A program made the position numbers and the translations under genes. A stretch of 28,966 nt of DNA, taken from the IMG/VR virus record IMGVR_UViG_3300006737_000127, positions 1-28,966 of that record; one strand, written 5' to 3'. Shown piece by piece: positions 15,948 through 25,244 of the stretch (positions within the stretch are counted from its first letter, which is position 1; the number at the start of each line of letters is the position of its first letter). A model generated the notes under the pieces. The model was not told the origin of the DNA. It was given only the letters and a program-made list of their open reading frames with translations, and ran no database searches. The stretch comes from a virus (taxonomy: Duplodnaviria > Caudoviricetes).

Positions 15948-17047
15948 AATTCCTCCATGCTACCATCGTGGTAACGGCACTTCCCTACGCACAGCCCATC
16001 GTATTCAATCGTTGCGCAAGAGGATGCACAGTAACCTTTGTTGCCAGCACCACCGAACACGATGCTCTCTACATGCTTCTGCGTAATGTCGGGGTCGTAG
16101 TCCACCCAATTCTGCTTTGAAATGATGTCGCAAATGCGTACCGCATGCTCTTGCTTTTCGGTATCGTTGATAGCCTCGGGTGGGTGAAACCAACGGAAGC
16201 GAGCAGCGAGGTAAGCCACAAGGTGAAAGCGTGCTTTGTGAATCGGGTTGCCCTCACCAAGAGCCCCAGCAAGGCAGGGTAAGACCACGATGTCGTTTAG
16301 CGTGACATCCGGTAGGCCCTCCACCTTCTCTACTGTGCGCTTGAATAGGTTGCGTTGTTTTGGTAGCGTGATAACCACGCTCTCAGTACCGTGCTCAATG
16401 TAGCCACTGCGTGCTACTTGTGCTGTCTCCATCAGCCCGTCGTGGTCTAAGGTAAGTATCTCCTCACTTTCAAGAGGTATGCTCCAGCAACCACGACGAG
16501 CATTGTAGGAATTGGGAATGCGAATCATACCGCTTGTGTCAAACGCAACAGTTGGGTCGTTGCATCCTAAATCTAAATCGTTGTGCCACTGGGCCATCAA
16601 CTTCCGTCCACCTTCTCGTATGCGTTTGACTTCGTTCCCGTTGCTGGGCATGTAAGTCTCAGCGAGTGGAACCCAAATGTGGAAGCCACCTCCGCTAAAC
16701 CATACGAAGTGTCGGATGTTTTCTTGTAGGAAGAAAGCATGTAGGCGTTTTACTTGTTCGTGCATGTAAGTGAAATCAACTTCAACACCACGGCGTTTGA
16801 AATCCTTACAGTCAAAGTCCATCACAAAATGATGAATGACCGGTGTTTCGTAATCCACTCGGTGGTTGCGTGGTGGTTTTGTTGCACGATAACCGTACAT
16901 TGTGAAATAAACATTCCCGCTCCCGTTCTTACTTTTCCAGTATCGCTCTAACTCGCTCCAACTTTTCACGATGTAGCGTCCAGCCTGCTGGCCGTTTGAC
17001 GCCATCTCAAGGACTTCCCGTGGGAAGTCAAGCGGAACGAATACCAT
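15944..17047 (-). CDS. Archaeo-eukaryotic primase, catalytic PriS domain fused to a PriL-like Fe-S C-terminal domain
   Basis: AEP motifs MDFD, FSGGGFHIW and RIPNSYN. The C-terminal LPCL...HKARFHL...YCASSCATI...GLCVGKC resembles the PriL C-terminal domain. Confidence 0.88.
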   Translation of the reverse strand: MVFVPLDFPREVLEMASNGQQAGRYIVKSWSELERYWKSKNGSGNVYFTMYGYRATKPPRNHRVDYETPVIHHFVMDFDCKDFKRRGVEVDFTYMHEQVKRLHAFFLQENIRHFVWFSGGGFHIWVPLAETYMPSNGNEVKRIREGGRKLMAQWHNDLDLGCNDPTVAFDTSGMIRIPNSYNARRGCWSIPLESEEILTLDHDGLMETAQVARSGYIEHGTESVVITLPKQRNLFKRTVEKVEGLPDVTLNDIVVLPCLAGALGEGNPIHKARFHLVAYLAARFRWFHPPEAINDTEKQEHAVRICDIISKQNWVDYDPDITQKHVESIVFGGAGNKGYCASSCATIEYDGLCVGKCRYHDGSMEEL

Positions 17048-17051
17048 GACA

Positions 17052-17348
17052 TCACCAGTTAGCCATGTAATCGTCTAAGCGGGCGGCAATACGCTGAGCG
17101 CTATCAGCCAGCACATCGTCTTGCAGTAATGAGGGGTGTATCGTGACATGAAGGTGGCACGGTAGTGGTACCGTGGGTTCACACCCCAAGTCAGCGTAGT
17201 CGCTCAGTGTCTTCTGTATCATCATACGAATGCTGATGTCTTCTCCAACTAACGATGACACCAATTCAAGACTACATGGGTTTTCCATGATTCCTTTCAC
17301 TGCTGTCTTCATCATTGTTGTTCTCTTTCTCAATTCACTTCTGTTCAT
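17052..17348 (-). CDS. Hypothetical protein (about 98 aa)
   Basis: Start at 17348 (MNRSELRK) with GGAGA SD; fills the gap between the Cas4-like and primase genes. Confidence 0.6.
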   Translation of the reverse strand: MNRSELRKRTTMMKTAVKGIMENPCSLELVSSLVGEDISIRMMIQKTLSDYADLGCEPTVPLPCHLHVTIHPSLLQDDVLADSAQRIAARLDDYMANW

Positions 17349-18315
17349 GTTGTTCATCTCCAATTGTGTATTCTTCCATCCATGCTGGGCAGCGCTCCAT
17401 GTAGTCACACCAACCACACAGCATGCTTTTCTTAGGGGGAAAGTCCATAGCCAAATGAGCGTCAACCAGTTGTGTCAAACGCTTCTCAACTGTCTTCGGT
17501 GCGTATTGAATAACACGCCCTTTCAATGCTTCGTAGTCCCACATGGGGCCGTCGCCCCCGTTGATACCACCGCCGGGGAATTGCCATCCCCAAGCAACAA
17601 CAGGTAGAAACTCCATGTGTGGACTATGTTCAAGCATCATGCGGTAGAACTGCATCTCATTCCTCATTTGCGAGGGCTTGTACTTGTTCCATTTACCCGT
17701 CTTCAATTCCATGAGAACGATACCCGTGTGTTCATCGTCCACAAACATGCGGTCAATGAACCCCTTCATGTGGATAGGAACCTCAGTACCGTCGCTTGCT
17801 ACAACAGTCCGTGTAGCGTGAATCTCAGTTTCGTTCCCAACAGGGAACCAGTCTCGCATCTGTATTCGCTCTAAATTGCATAGGCGTTCAAATTGCCATT
17901 TAACATAGAGGCGCAACTGCTCGGGCTCCCCGTACATGTAGGGAGTCGGTGGGTCGGGTAGCGTCTCAATGCACAGCGTGAGGGCCTTATCCTTCTCACC
18001 AGCCTCTATCAAATCGTACACTCCTTCCACCACATCAACCATAGCCTTCCACCAATACTCCACTGCGTCGTGAACATTGGAACCACGGATGTGGTAGTCT
18101 TGCTCCTCACCACGAAGGCCGAGAATACTGGAGAAGTAGTACTGTTGAGGGCAAGTACTGAAAGTACCAAGTGATGATTTACTCGTTCGTAGGATTTTGT
18201 CCTCCATGGTTGGTTGCCACGCATAGGTACTGTTGTCGTAGGACTTGAGCAACTCTTTGTGCTCGTAGCCATCACGCTCGTTGTTGCCACCTTCGGGGTT
18301 TGGATTCCATCTCAT
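17335..18315 (-). CDS. Cas4/AddB-like PD-(D/E)XK exonuclease with 4-Cys Fe-S cluster
   Basis: SKSSL..F..CP.QYY, GSNVH, KGFIDR, ELKTG, QFY and C-terminal CGWCDYMERC. No CRISPR array or other cas gene is present, so this is a solo viral nuclease. Confidence 0.88.
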   Translation of the reverse strand: MRWNPNPEGGNNERDGYEHKELLKSYDNSTYAWQPTMEDKILRTSKSSLGTFSTCPQQYYFSSILGLRGEEQDYHIRGSNVHDAVEYWWKAMVDVVEGVYDLIEAGEKDKALTLCIETLPDPPTPYMYGEPEQLRLYVKWQFERLCNLERIQMRDWFPVGNETEIHATRTVVASDGTEVPIHMKGFIDRMFVDDEHTGIVLMELKTGKWNKYKPSQMRNEMQFYRMMLEHSPHMEFLPVVAWGWQFPGGGINGGDGPMWDYEALKGRVIQYAPKTVEKRLTQLVDAHLAMDFPPKKSMLCGWCDYMERCPAWMEEYTIGDEQHEQK

Positions 18316-18500
18316 TGTTCCATCTCCATCTCAATCAACTTCTGTAAGTACACGGCCAAGTCCATGGCCTCTTCCTGTGCGTGGACGAGCCATTCAAGGC
18401 GAGACAACGGGGCTGTCTCCATGGTCACCCCGTACTTGGTCTTGCCAACCTCAGCCCGTTGCTGGATTTTCTCACACACTTCGTCTTCAATTCTGCTCAT
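18312..18500 (-). CDS. Small phage protein, MazG-like/all-alpha nucleotide pyrophosphatase-related (62 aa)
   Basis: R...G..KYG.T......EWL.HAQEE.MD..VYL pattern with an EExxD acidic helix. Confidence 0.55.
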   Translation of the reverse strand: MSRIEDEVCEKIQQRAEVGKTKYGVTMETAPLSRLEWLVHAQEEAMDLAVYLQKLIEMEMEQ

Positions 18501-18634
18501 TCAATCACCCTCTTTTCACTGTGTCCGCATTTGATACATTCAACTGTTCTCTTACTCCACTGCCGCTTTATATAGTCAAAGTGTTTCTGTCGTCGGGTGT
18601 GTAAGTTCTCACTACCACATTCACTGCACTTCAC
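18497..18634 (-). CDS. Zn-ribbon protein, 45 aa (not in ORF track)
   Basis: GTG start; MKCSECGSENLHTRRQKHFDYIKRQWSKRTVECIKCGHSEKRVIE. GTGA and ATGA overlaps with both neighbours. Confidence 0.75.
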   Translation of the reverse strand: MKCSECGSENLHTRRQKHFDYIKRQWSKRTVECIKCGHSEKRVIE

Positions 18635-18741
18635 TCCTCTTCCACCCCATAGAACCGCTTCGCTCTTGAATAATAACCTTCAATCTCTCTCTCTTCTTCT
18701 TGCGTTCTCAAGCGTCTAAATAGTCTGTCCCAAAATCCCAT
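18631..18741 (-). CDS. Small hypothetical protein, 36 aa (not in ORF track)
   Basis: MGFWDRLFRRLRTQEEEREIEGYYSRAKRFYGVEEE. GGTGA SD at the end of polB; the stop overlaps the next GTG. Confidence 0.65.
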   Translation of the reverse strand: MGFWDRLFRRLRTQEEEREIEGYYSRAKRFYGVEEE

Positions 18742-18746
18742 CGTCT

Positions 18747-21116
18747 TCACCAGTATGTCTTCGGGACTACATCACCAGCAGCGGCCTTGATGTCCCAATC
18801 AAGGCTCTCGTAGAGTCTCTTCAACTTGGACTTTACCAGTACATCCAGTACCTTATCCCAATTGATGATGTAATTCTCAAGTTCCGAATCCTCACGGAAT
18901 GCAACGAATGATGCAGGCTTCTTGTCGCCCCCAAAAGAAAAGTAATCGGGTACACCCTCTTTGAAACCCTTCACATAGGTCCACGATACGCTGTCGCCTT
19001 TACCCCACGCTTCGCCACCTTTGTGCTCATTGTAGTACATCGCAGCCTTGGCACCGGGTGTGGGCTTCTCGTAGTCGTACGGGTCCTTGGTAAGACGAGT
19101 GGACATCACCACATCCTTCAATGGGATAGTGCCGTTCTTTACAGCCAGTGAAAGTGAGCGTAGCGCCTCAGTCACAGTTGACTCATCGGCACCGTGTCCG
19201 ATGAGTTCCATGGCTAAGCCTTGTACTTGCTTTGTAATAGGTGCTGAACTTGAGGCTTTGATTTCATAACCGGAAATTTTCAAATCCCCTTTCGCACTCT
19301 CGGGCCACACCTTGTAACCGAAGTACCGATTCTTCACAGGAGCAGTAGTCCAGTAGTCAAAGTAAGCCTCCAGTTCAACATCCATATGAGACAACTGCAA
19401 TTTTGATTGAGCCGTCTTAGTGAGATGGTTTGCTAATGGTTGTGCGTCATCAAAGGGCACTTGAATGAATGCCGAATCAGTATGTCCAAACAGGGACTTG
19501 TAGCCTTGCTCCTCGCTTTCGCTCAGTAAGTGACGGATAGCCTCACGGGCACGGAAGGTGATGGTGGATGCTATGTCATTGTCAACCCACATTCCCTGTA
19601 GAGACTTCATTCCACACATACCGTACAGCGCATTCACTGCAACCTTCGCTGCCATTTGTAGCATGTCATAACCAAGGCGTTCTTCATCAGTAGTAGCCTC
19701 TTTCATTTTACGCTTGTACTCCTTGCGAAGTTCAAGCATTTCTTCAACGATAGAAGGCAACAACCCCTTCTCACTTTGGTCCCAGTGTGTACCGTTCCCC
19801 AGTGTCTTGATGCCCGGTCCCGGTGCATCTCGCTTCGTCTCGTAGGAGAGGTTGTCGCTGAGAATGATGTTGGGGTAAAGAGAAGCATAGTCAACAAGCG
19901 CTACTCCCCTGTGTCGCCCGGCTATGGGCTTGGGGATGTAAGCCGCTTCCAAGTCTTCACGGAAGACATTCTTCGCACTGAATGCTTTCTTGTCAGTGCG
20001 CCGACCTACAAGCCCACGGAAGTAGCGTGTGACTTTGTGAGTGCTCGCCCATGATACACCACACAACTTTTGCATAGCAACGAAGAAGTCAATGGCATAC
20101 AAGCGTTTGGAGATACCTGCTAAAAGCGTAGTGTCTCTCAAACAGTAGTCAATGAAAGAATCGTAGTAGTCGTACCAACCGTTGTGTACGGTCATACCCT
20201 CAACCTCTTCAGTCAACTTAGAACCAAGACCCAACTGTTCAGCGATGGTATTCAACTTTCGGTTGGGTAGTTGTCCACGCCCGGACTTTTGCCATAGCGT
20301 TTCAAATCCGCTACCGCTCTTCCACCCTGCTGCTGAGTCCCAACACAGGCGACCCTTGATGGGTTGCTGTGTTTCCTTGTAGCCGTCGTTAGTCTTGAAC
20401 GGACGAACAACTTGACCTATGGGTGAGAGCCTATCGGGGTTGTCTAACCTACGCATGAGATGTGGTAAGTCAGCCCACATGAGAGCGTGGGCTACGAGGA
20501 TGTCGGGGTCGCACATTGTCAAGCGTTGAATGAACGCTTCGTGCATCGCAGCCTCGCTACCATACTCATGAAGCATGTAGCCACCCTCACGCTCAACCCA
20601 CCTCGCTCCGTAATGGTCTCCTCCTTCCGGTCGCCATGCGAAGACGACGGGATGCTCAGTGTGGGAATCAACTACAGCCATCACTGTCGTGAAGTCTTGC
20701 TTCGGGTCCCACTCAAGGTCAATGTACCACACACGAGGGTGAAAGTCGGGAACCTTGTCGGGATAGAGCGTGAGCAATACTTGGTCCAAGTAATTCAAGT
20801 CCGCTTCATAAGTACGCACTTCGTCTTTGATGTCCCACAAGTCATTGGGCTTGTCCACTTCTACTTTGACGAGCCTCTTCTTGTCAATACCAACTGCTGT
20901 CTCGTTGTTGATGATGTCCATGTTCGGGAAGCGATTCTTCAACCGATTGATTTTCCATTCAGCCTCACCCTCAGCAATCCAACAGAACGGTCGGATGTAC
21001 TCTTCATCATGTGGACGGATAATGCGCTTCGTTAGTTCACCTTGCTTGTTCCTCGTACGAAGGTACAGTGAAGGTTGGTCGTACTCGCCGTCCTCATAGA
21101 AGAAGTCCACAATCAT
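18747..21116 (-). CDS. polB: Family B DNA polymerase
   Basis: ExoI YIDLE, ExoIII YCLRD, motif A DYASLYPNI, motif B KVAVNALYG, motif C variant FGHTDS, KNRY and GYE. Likely start MIVDFF at 21116. Confidence 0.96.
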   Translation of the reverse strand: MIVDFFYEDGEYDQPSLYLRTRNKQGELTKRIIRPHDEEYIRPFCWIAEGEAEWKINRLKNRFPNMDIINNETAVGIDKKRLVKVEVDKPNDLWDIKDEVRTYEADLNYLDQVLLTLYPDKVPDFHPRVWYIDLEWDPKQDFTTVMAVVDSHTEHPVVFAWRPEGGDHYGARWVEREGGYMLHEYGSEAAMHEAFIQRLTMCDPDILVAHALMWADLPHLMRRLDNPDRLSPIGQVVRPFKTNDGYKETQQPIKGRLCWDSAAGWKSGSGFETLWQKSGRGQLPNRKLNTIAEQLGLGSKLTEEVEGMTVHNGWYDYYDSFIDYCLRDTTLLAGISKRLYAIDFFVAMQKLCGVSWASTHKVTRYFRGLVGRRTDKKAFSAKNVFREDLEAAYIPKPIAGRHRGVALVDYASLYPNIILSDNLSYETKRDAPGPGIKTLGNGTHWDQSEKGLLPSIVEEMLELRKEYKRKMKEATTDEERLGYDMLQMAAKVAVNALYGMCGMKSLQGMWVDNDIASTITFRAREAIRHLLSESEEQGYKSLFGHTDSAFIQVPFDDAQPLANHLTKTAQSKLQLSHMDVELEAYFDYWTTAPVKNRYFGYKVWPESAKGDLKISGYEIKASSSAPITKQVQGLAMELIGHGADESTVTEALRSLSLAVKNGTIPLKDVVMSTRLTKDPYDYEKPTPGAKAAMYYNEHKGGEAWGKGDSVSWTYVKGFKEGVPDYFSFGGDKKPASFVAFREDSELENYIINWDKVLDVLVKSKLKRLYESLDWDIKAAAGDVVPKTYW

Positions 21117-21120
21117 GCAC

Positions 21121-21873
21121 TCACGCCCTTTGGTCAATGACCACTAACAGGTCTTCGTTCTGTTCAATGATGAGCACAGTGTTAGCACCGAAGTGAATGT
21201 CAGCAGGCTGCGGTCGCATGAGTGCAAGAGCCTCCATCAACCACGCACCAAAGGTGGACTCAATAGGGGCACCGGGCCCCTTAGCGTCAACAAGCGCCGC
21301 TGTTGAGAACAGACGAGCCTCGTTCTTTTTACCAGCAGTAACGGTGAACTCCTTTTCCTCAGCGTTAGCAATCACTCGGAAGAGCGGGCTACTGTTGAGG
21401 ATGCCTCGCATCTTAGTCACACCCGTCAATGCAGACAGGTCAATTGTACCATGTACAGCGAGGTCAGCGTTGTGGAACTTCGTCCACTCCTTCTCCTTCG
21501 CATCTCCAATAAGTTGTGCAAACAACGATACCTTGCTGAACGATACAATCGTAGCGCTTGTTGGTAGTTGGAGTTTGCTTCCACCAGCAGTGATGTAAAG
21601 TGGCTTCGTAGTCCCAAGTTGCTTAATGCTTACTTCGTCAGTCTTGAGCGACTTCACGAACTTCTGTACCTTTGCTAACTCGCTAATGTGGAGCGCACCT
21701 TTGGTCTTGACTTTACCTTTGATAGTCTCCTTCTTCCGAAGAAAGTGAGACATGAATGCCACAGTCCCACCAATGGTTTCTTCGTTCACTACTAAGCGTA
21801 AGTCGCCTACATTCTTACCGAAGCCACCGAGGAAGGAAGCCAGTTGTTTTCTGTCAATAGTTAGTTCTGTCAT
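21121..21873 (-). CDS. pcn: PCNA-like DNA sliding clamp (divergent)
   Basis: 250 aa, immediately upstream of polB. N-terminal 'L..F...F...V.DLRLVV....I.....FMSH' and C-terminal 'STF..WL...IHFG.N..LII...LLVV' follow the PCNA pattern. RFC is encoded nearby. Confidence 0.7.
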   Translation of the reverse strand: MTELTIDRKQLASFLGGFGKNVGDLRLVVNEETIGGTVAFMSHFLRKKETIKGKVKTKGALHISELAKVQKFVKSLKTDEVSIKQLGTTKPLYITAGGSKLQLPTSATIVSFSKVSLFAQLIGDAKEKEWTKFHNADLAVHGTIDLSALTGVTKMRGILNSSPLFRVIANAEEKEFTVTAGKKNEARLFSTAALVDAKGPGAPIESTFGAWLMEALALMRPQPADIHFGANTVLIIEQNEDLLVVIDQRA

Positions 21874-21997
21874 TGTATCACATCATTGAATAAGAGGTGG
21901 GGGAAAGGAAGCGGCGAGAAAGTTGAAAAAACGCCGTGAGAAGTGCCCAAACCAAGAAACATGCTTCTTCCTTATTAGCCTCAAACCCCCTTGAATT

Positions 21998-22984
21998 TCA
22001 TAGCGTACCGTCGTAGAGTTCGGGCAAACCGAACCACTGCGGCTCCTGTCCGCTTTCAGTAATGAGTGTCGTGCGCTTTTGACCCTGCAACTTGGCATTG
22101 GTCTTGCTCTTCTCAAAGGTCACCGTGTACTCGGAACGAACAACCTCACCGGTTTCATCGTCCTTGTGGTCTTTGCGTTCACAGATGAGAATTTGATACA
22201 CGAAGTTGTTGCTGGCTTTCTCCCAGTCGGGTCGCCATGTCGGGTCGGAATCCTCAGCCTTACCCCACGAGTAGTTCGTGAGGCGCAGGTGAGTCTCCCA
22301 AAACACACGCACACCAGCCTTGACAAGCGCTCGGCACAACCCAGTGAGTTGATGGAAGCGAGTCTTGCGAATCGCCCAGTCCCATTGGTGCCCCACCTTC
22401 TTGTTCCAGTCAGCGGCTTCTATGCCGTCCTTGGCGATGTTGAGGTCAACGATACGCATGCAGTTCACACACACGCTGTCCCACAAGTCAACACCAGTGA
22501 CAAGGAAGCCCCACAAGCGTGGGCCTTCGTAGTCGGGGTCCCGTTGCTTCTGCGCTATGTCGTTGGCGAACTGTGCAATTGACATCACACGAGCGTGAGT
22601 GGCTGGGTAGTTGTACGAAGTACGCTCACCTTGCATCATGACCCATGGTTCCCAACAACGGATGTTGGTATTCTCGCTGTGGAAGGCTGACTTGTTAGCG
22701 GCACCGCCACCTTCAAAGTCAAGAATCCACAACTCTTCACCACGCTCTTGCGCTTCCTCATCTCGTGAGAATGCGTCAGTCACGATAGCCGTCTTACCGG
22801 TGTTGTCGTGGCCTGCGATACCCATGAACAAGTGCGACTGTGGCATGTTGTCCATCAGTAAGTACTCCTTACGCAGTGCGCTGAACGGGTCATCATCCGT
22901 CCGCTGGATAGCGGGTGTCGCTTCAATCTCCGCTTGTTGTTCTTCTGCCTTGTTTGCTTCTTTCGTCTTTCCAAAACCTGCCAT
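21998..22984 (-). CDS. RecA/RadA-superfamily (Sak4/AAA_24-like) ATPase, putative recombinase
   Basis: Walker A GHDNTGKT, ILDFEGG, 'VRVFWETH' strand and C-terminal 'FEKSK'; adjacent to the SSB-like gene. Confidence 0.7.
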   Translation of the reverse strand: MAGFGKTKEANKAEEQQAEIEATPAIQRTDDDPFSALRKEYLLMDNMPQSHLFMGIAGHDNTGKTAIVTDAFSRDEEAQERGEELWILDFEGGGAANKSAFHSENTNIRCWEPWVMMQGERTSYNYPATHARVMSIAQFANDIAQKQRDPDYEGPRLWGFLVTGVDLWDSVCVNCMRIVDLNIAKDGIEAADWNKKVGHQWDWAIRKTRFHQLTGLCRALVKAGVRVFWETHLRLTNYSWGKAEDSDPTWRPDWEKASNNFVYQILICERKDHKDDETGEVVRSEYTVTFEKSKTNAKLQGQKRTTLITESGQEPQWFGLPELYDGTL

Positions 22985-22993
22985 CTAATCACC

Positions 22994-24319
22994 TCAGTTG
23001 AATTGTCCTCGTCCAGTGTCGCCACCAGTTTGTCGTCGGCGGATGCGTCGTGGGTCAGCGAAGACACCCATCACCTTGAGGTTGGGAATGTCCTTGCCGT
23101 CCTTTCGCTTCACAGCGATTCGGCCACACACAAGCACCGTTGATTTCTCAGCGTAGTCAATGAGTTCATCCTCAACACCACGAGCACTGAATGGATTGGT
23201 TAGGTCGTTGCATGCGCTTCCAAGCCAACACATGACTTCGCTTGTATCGCTACTTCCATGAATGCTTTGAAGCGCACTGGAAGTGAGTGATAGAGAGTAG
23301 GAGCGCTTGTCTTCGTCGTACTCACTTTCACGAGCCTCACTACTGAGACGATTGACTGTACCCTTGACAAACACGATGGGGCCACTGCGACCCTGCTCAC
23401 CGTTGATGGTGAAGGTACGGCTACCAGCCTCATACGCTTCAACCAATTCATCCAAACGAGTGGAGTGACCGTGCAACTCAGTGTCTAACCAAAAGCGGAA
23501 CGGTTTGAGTAGAGGGCGCATTTCAGCGTCAACGAACTCATCAGTGTACTGGATTTTGTCTCGGATGCCAAGGCTCGTACTGAGCACATCCTTGAAGCCC
23601 TCGGGTGCGTTCTCGTTAGGTGGTCGTGCTTGAATGCGGCACGGCTCACCGAGGAGCACAGGTGCGTCAGCGTCTTCGCCTTGCATGTCCAAGCGCCACA
23701 ATTGAATGGCACCGTCGTGAGTGAACTCATCCTCGGGAGCACCGAGGAAGTAGTAGTTGCGACCCATCATGCTCATGGCCTTTGGCTTACCAGCCTTGGT
23801 GACCAAGCAGATGCGTTCACCGTCAGCGATGAAAGAGTTGGGTGGTACTTCGTCCACTGAGATGTCAGTCTTGTCAGTACCACCTGCACGGTTGAGCACC
23901 CAAGTATCACCACTCTTGGTGTAGTGCCCAGCGATACCTTGACCCACAGCCTTGCCGGGGTCAAGTGTGAACTCACGCTTGGCACGCTTAACAAGCCCAC
24001 CACGACGGTCACGGCGTGATGGGTCAACACCAACGAAGCAACCGACAAAAGCAACGGAGCCAGCCATACCGCCACCGCCACCAGTGTTGCGTAGTTCAAC
24101 AACCATTTGCTCAGCCCAGTCTTCCAACAGGTCTGCATCTTCACTTTGCCAATCATCACAACCATGAACGCTGCGAATGTAATTGAGGAAGGCCGTACGA
24201 ATCTCATCCTTCGGCTTCTTCAATCGCTCAGCATGCTTAGCGATTCGCTCAAGCACACCAGCAGGTAGGTCGGTCGTTTGCTCTTCTTCGTAGTACTCTT
24301 CTTCGTATTCTTCACTCAT
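22994..24319 (-). CDS. Putative OB-fold single-stranded DNA-binding protein (RPA-like), 441 aa
   Basis: C-terminal 'IVFVKGTVNRL...STVLVCGRIAV...NLKVMGVF' resembles OB strands. Lies between RFC and the recombinase. Start at 24319 on an ATGA overlap and GGAGGT SD. Confidence 0.5.
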   Translation of the reverse strand: MSEEYEEEYYEEEQTTDLPAGVLERIAKHAERLKKPKDEIRTAFLNYIRSVHGCDDWQSEDADLLEDWAEQMVVELRNTGGGGGMAGSVAFVGCFVGVDPSRRDRRGGLVKRAKREFTLDPGKAVGQGIAGHYTKSGDTWVLNRAGGTDKTDISVDEVPPNSFIADGERICLVTKAGKPKAMSMMGRNYYFLGAPEDEFTHDGAIQLWRLDMQGEDADAPVLLGEPCRIQARPPNENAPEGFKDVLSTSLGIRDKIQYTDEFVDAEMRPLLKPFRFWLDTELHGHSTRLDELVEAYEAGSRTFTINGEQGRSGPIVFVKGTVNRLSSEARESEYDEDKRSYSLSLTSSALQSIHGSSDTSEVMCWLGSACNDLTNPFSARGVEDELIDYAEKSTVLVCGRIAVKRKDGKDIPNLKVMGVFADPRRIRRRQTGGDTGRGQFN

Positions 24320-25236
24320 GCAGATACCTCCTTTCGTAGTCGTGCCACGAGGCAATCAACGAAGGAATAGGAACCGATGGGCCACTCATACATGTGAGGT
24401 ACCATCTCGCCCAACACGGCCATGACCGTGAAGGTAGTGTCGGAGTCCATCTCAAAGAACTCAGTGAGGCTGTCGTGGAAGTTGCGCATCACGAAGTTGA
24501 GAGTTGTCCCACGGTCAAGCATACCGTAGAGGACTTGTCGCATCTCCATGTACTCACCACTCACAGCAGCGAGCGCTGCTGACGAAGCGTTGCCTTCATC
24601 ACGCAAGCGTGTAATCTCTTGAGGGTCATCAGTGTGTCGCCAAATCTCAATGGCTTGTCGCATGTCGCCACCTGTGTGATTCATCAACCGGGCAGCGGCT
24701 TGGGTCCACTCTTCTGTAGGAGCGCCTGCATGAAGTTGCATAAGTCGCTTCGCCCCATCGCCCACACTAATGGGCATGAACTCGTACACAAGGCACCGAC
24801 TCTTGATGGCCGGTCGGATTTTGCTAAGGTCGTTGGCCGTGAGTACAAAGAACGCATTGTCTGCACACTCTTCCATGATTTGTCGCATAGCGTCTTGTGC
24901 TTGGGGTGTAAGACCGTCTGCCTCATCAAGACCAATACCTCTTCGCTCTACACCCACACCCTTGACTTGTGCCTTACCTTTGAGGTCACGAACAAAGTCA
25001 ATACCACGGTCATCACTGGCATTGGTAATCATGTAGTTGACTTCATCGTAGAAGTCATCCAGCATGGCACGGAACAGGACACGCATGGCTGTGGTCTTAC
25101 CAGTGCCCGGTGGGCCATGTAGAAGAACAGCGTTGGGGTACTTACCACTCGCAACCCAGCGCTTAGCGTCCTCCACGAAGGTCGCTTGCCCTGCCAGTTG
25201 TGACAGGATGGTGGGTTCAAAATCTGCGGTTTTCAT
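24316..25236 (-). CDS. rfcS: Replication factor C small subunit (clamp loader)
   Basis: GPPGTGKT, NASDDRGID, LDEAD, AQDAMR and SRC motifs. Confidence 0.95.
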   Translation of the reverse strand: MKTADFEPTILSQLAGQATFVEDAKRWVASGKYPNAVLLHGPPGTGKTTAMRVLFRAMLDDFYDEVNYMITNASDDRGIDFVRDLKGKAQVKGVGVERRGIGLDEADGLTPQAQDAMRQIMEECADNAFFVLTANDLSKIRPAIKSRCLVYEFMPISVGDGAKRLMQLHAGAPTEEWTQAAARLMNHTGGDMRQAIEIWRHTDDPQEITRLRDEGNASSAALAAVSGEYMEMRQVLYGMLDRGTTLNFVMRNFHDSLTEFFEMDSDTTFTVMAVLGEMVPHMYEWPIGSYSFVDCLVARLRKEVSA

Positions 25237-25244
25237 GATACTCC

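Noticed and set aside
17335-18315. Cas4-like gene as evidence of a CRISPR-Cas locus
   Set aside because: No repeat-spacer array, cas1 or cas2 in the window. Solo Cas4-like nucleases are common in viral replication modules.
18747-21116. Intein or intron in PolB, RFC or the helicase
   Set aside because: Protein lengths are compact, motifs are normally spaced, and no intein splice-junction pattern interrupts them.
21874-21997. tRNA gene in the intergenic gap
   Set aside because: No T-loop GTTCRA motif or cloverleaf arrangement found on either strand.
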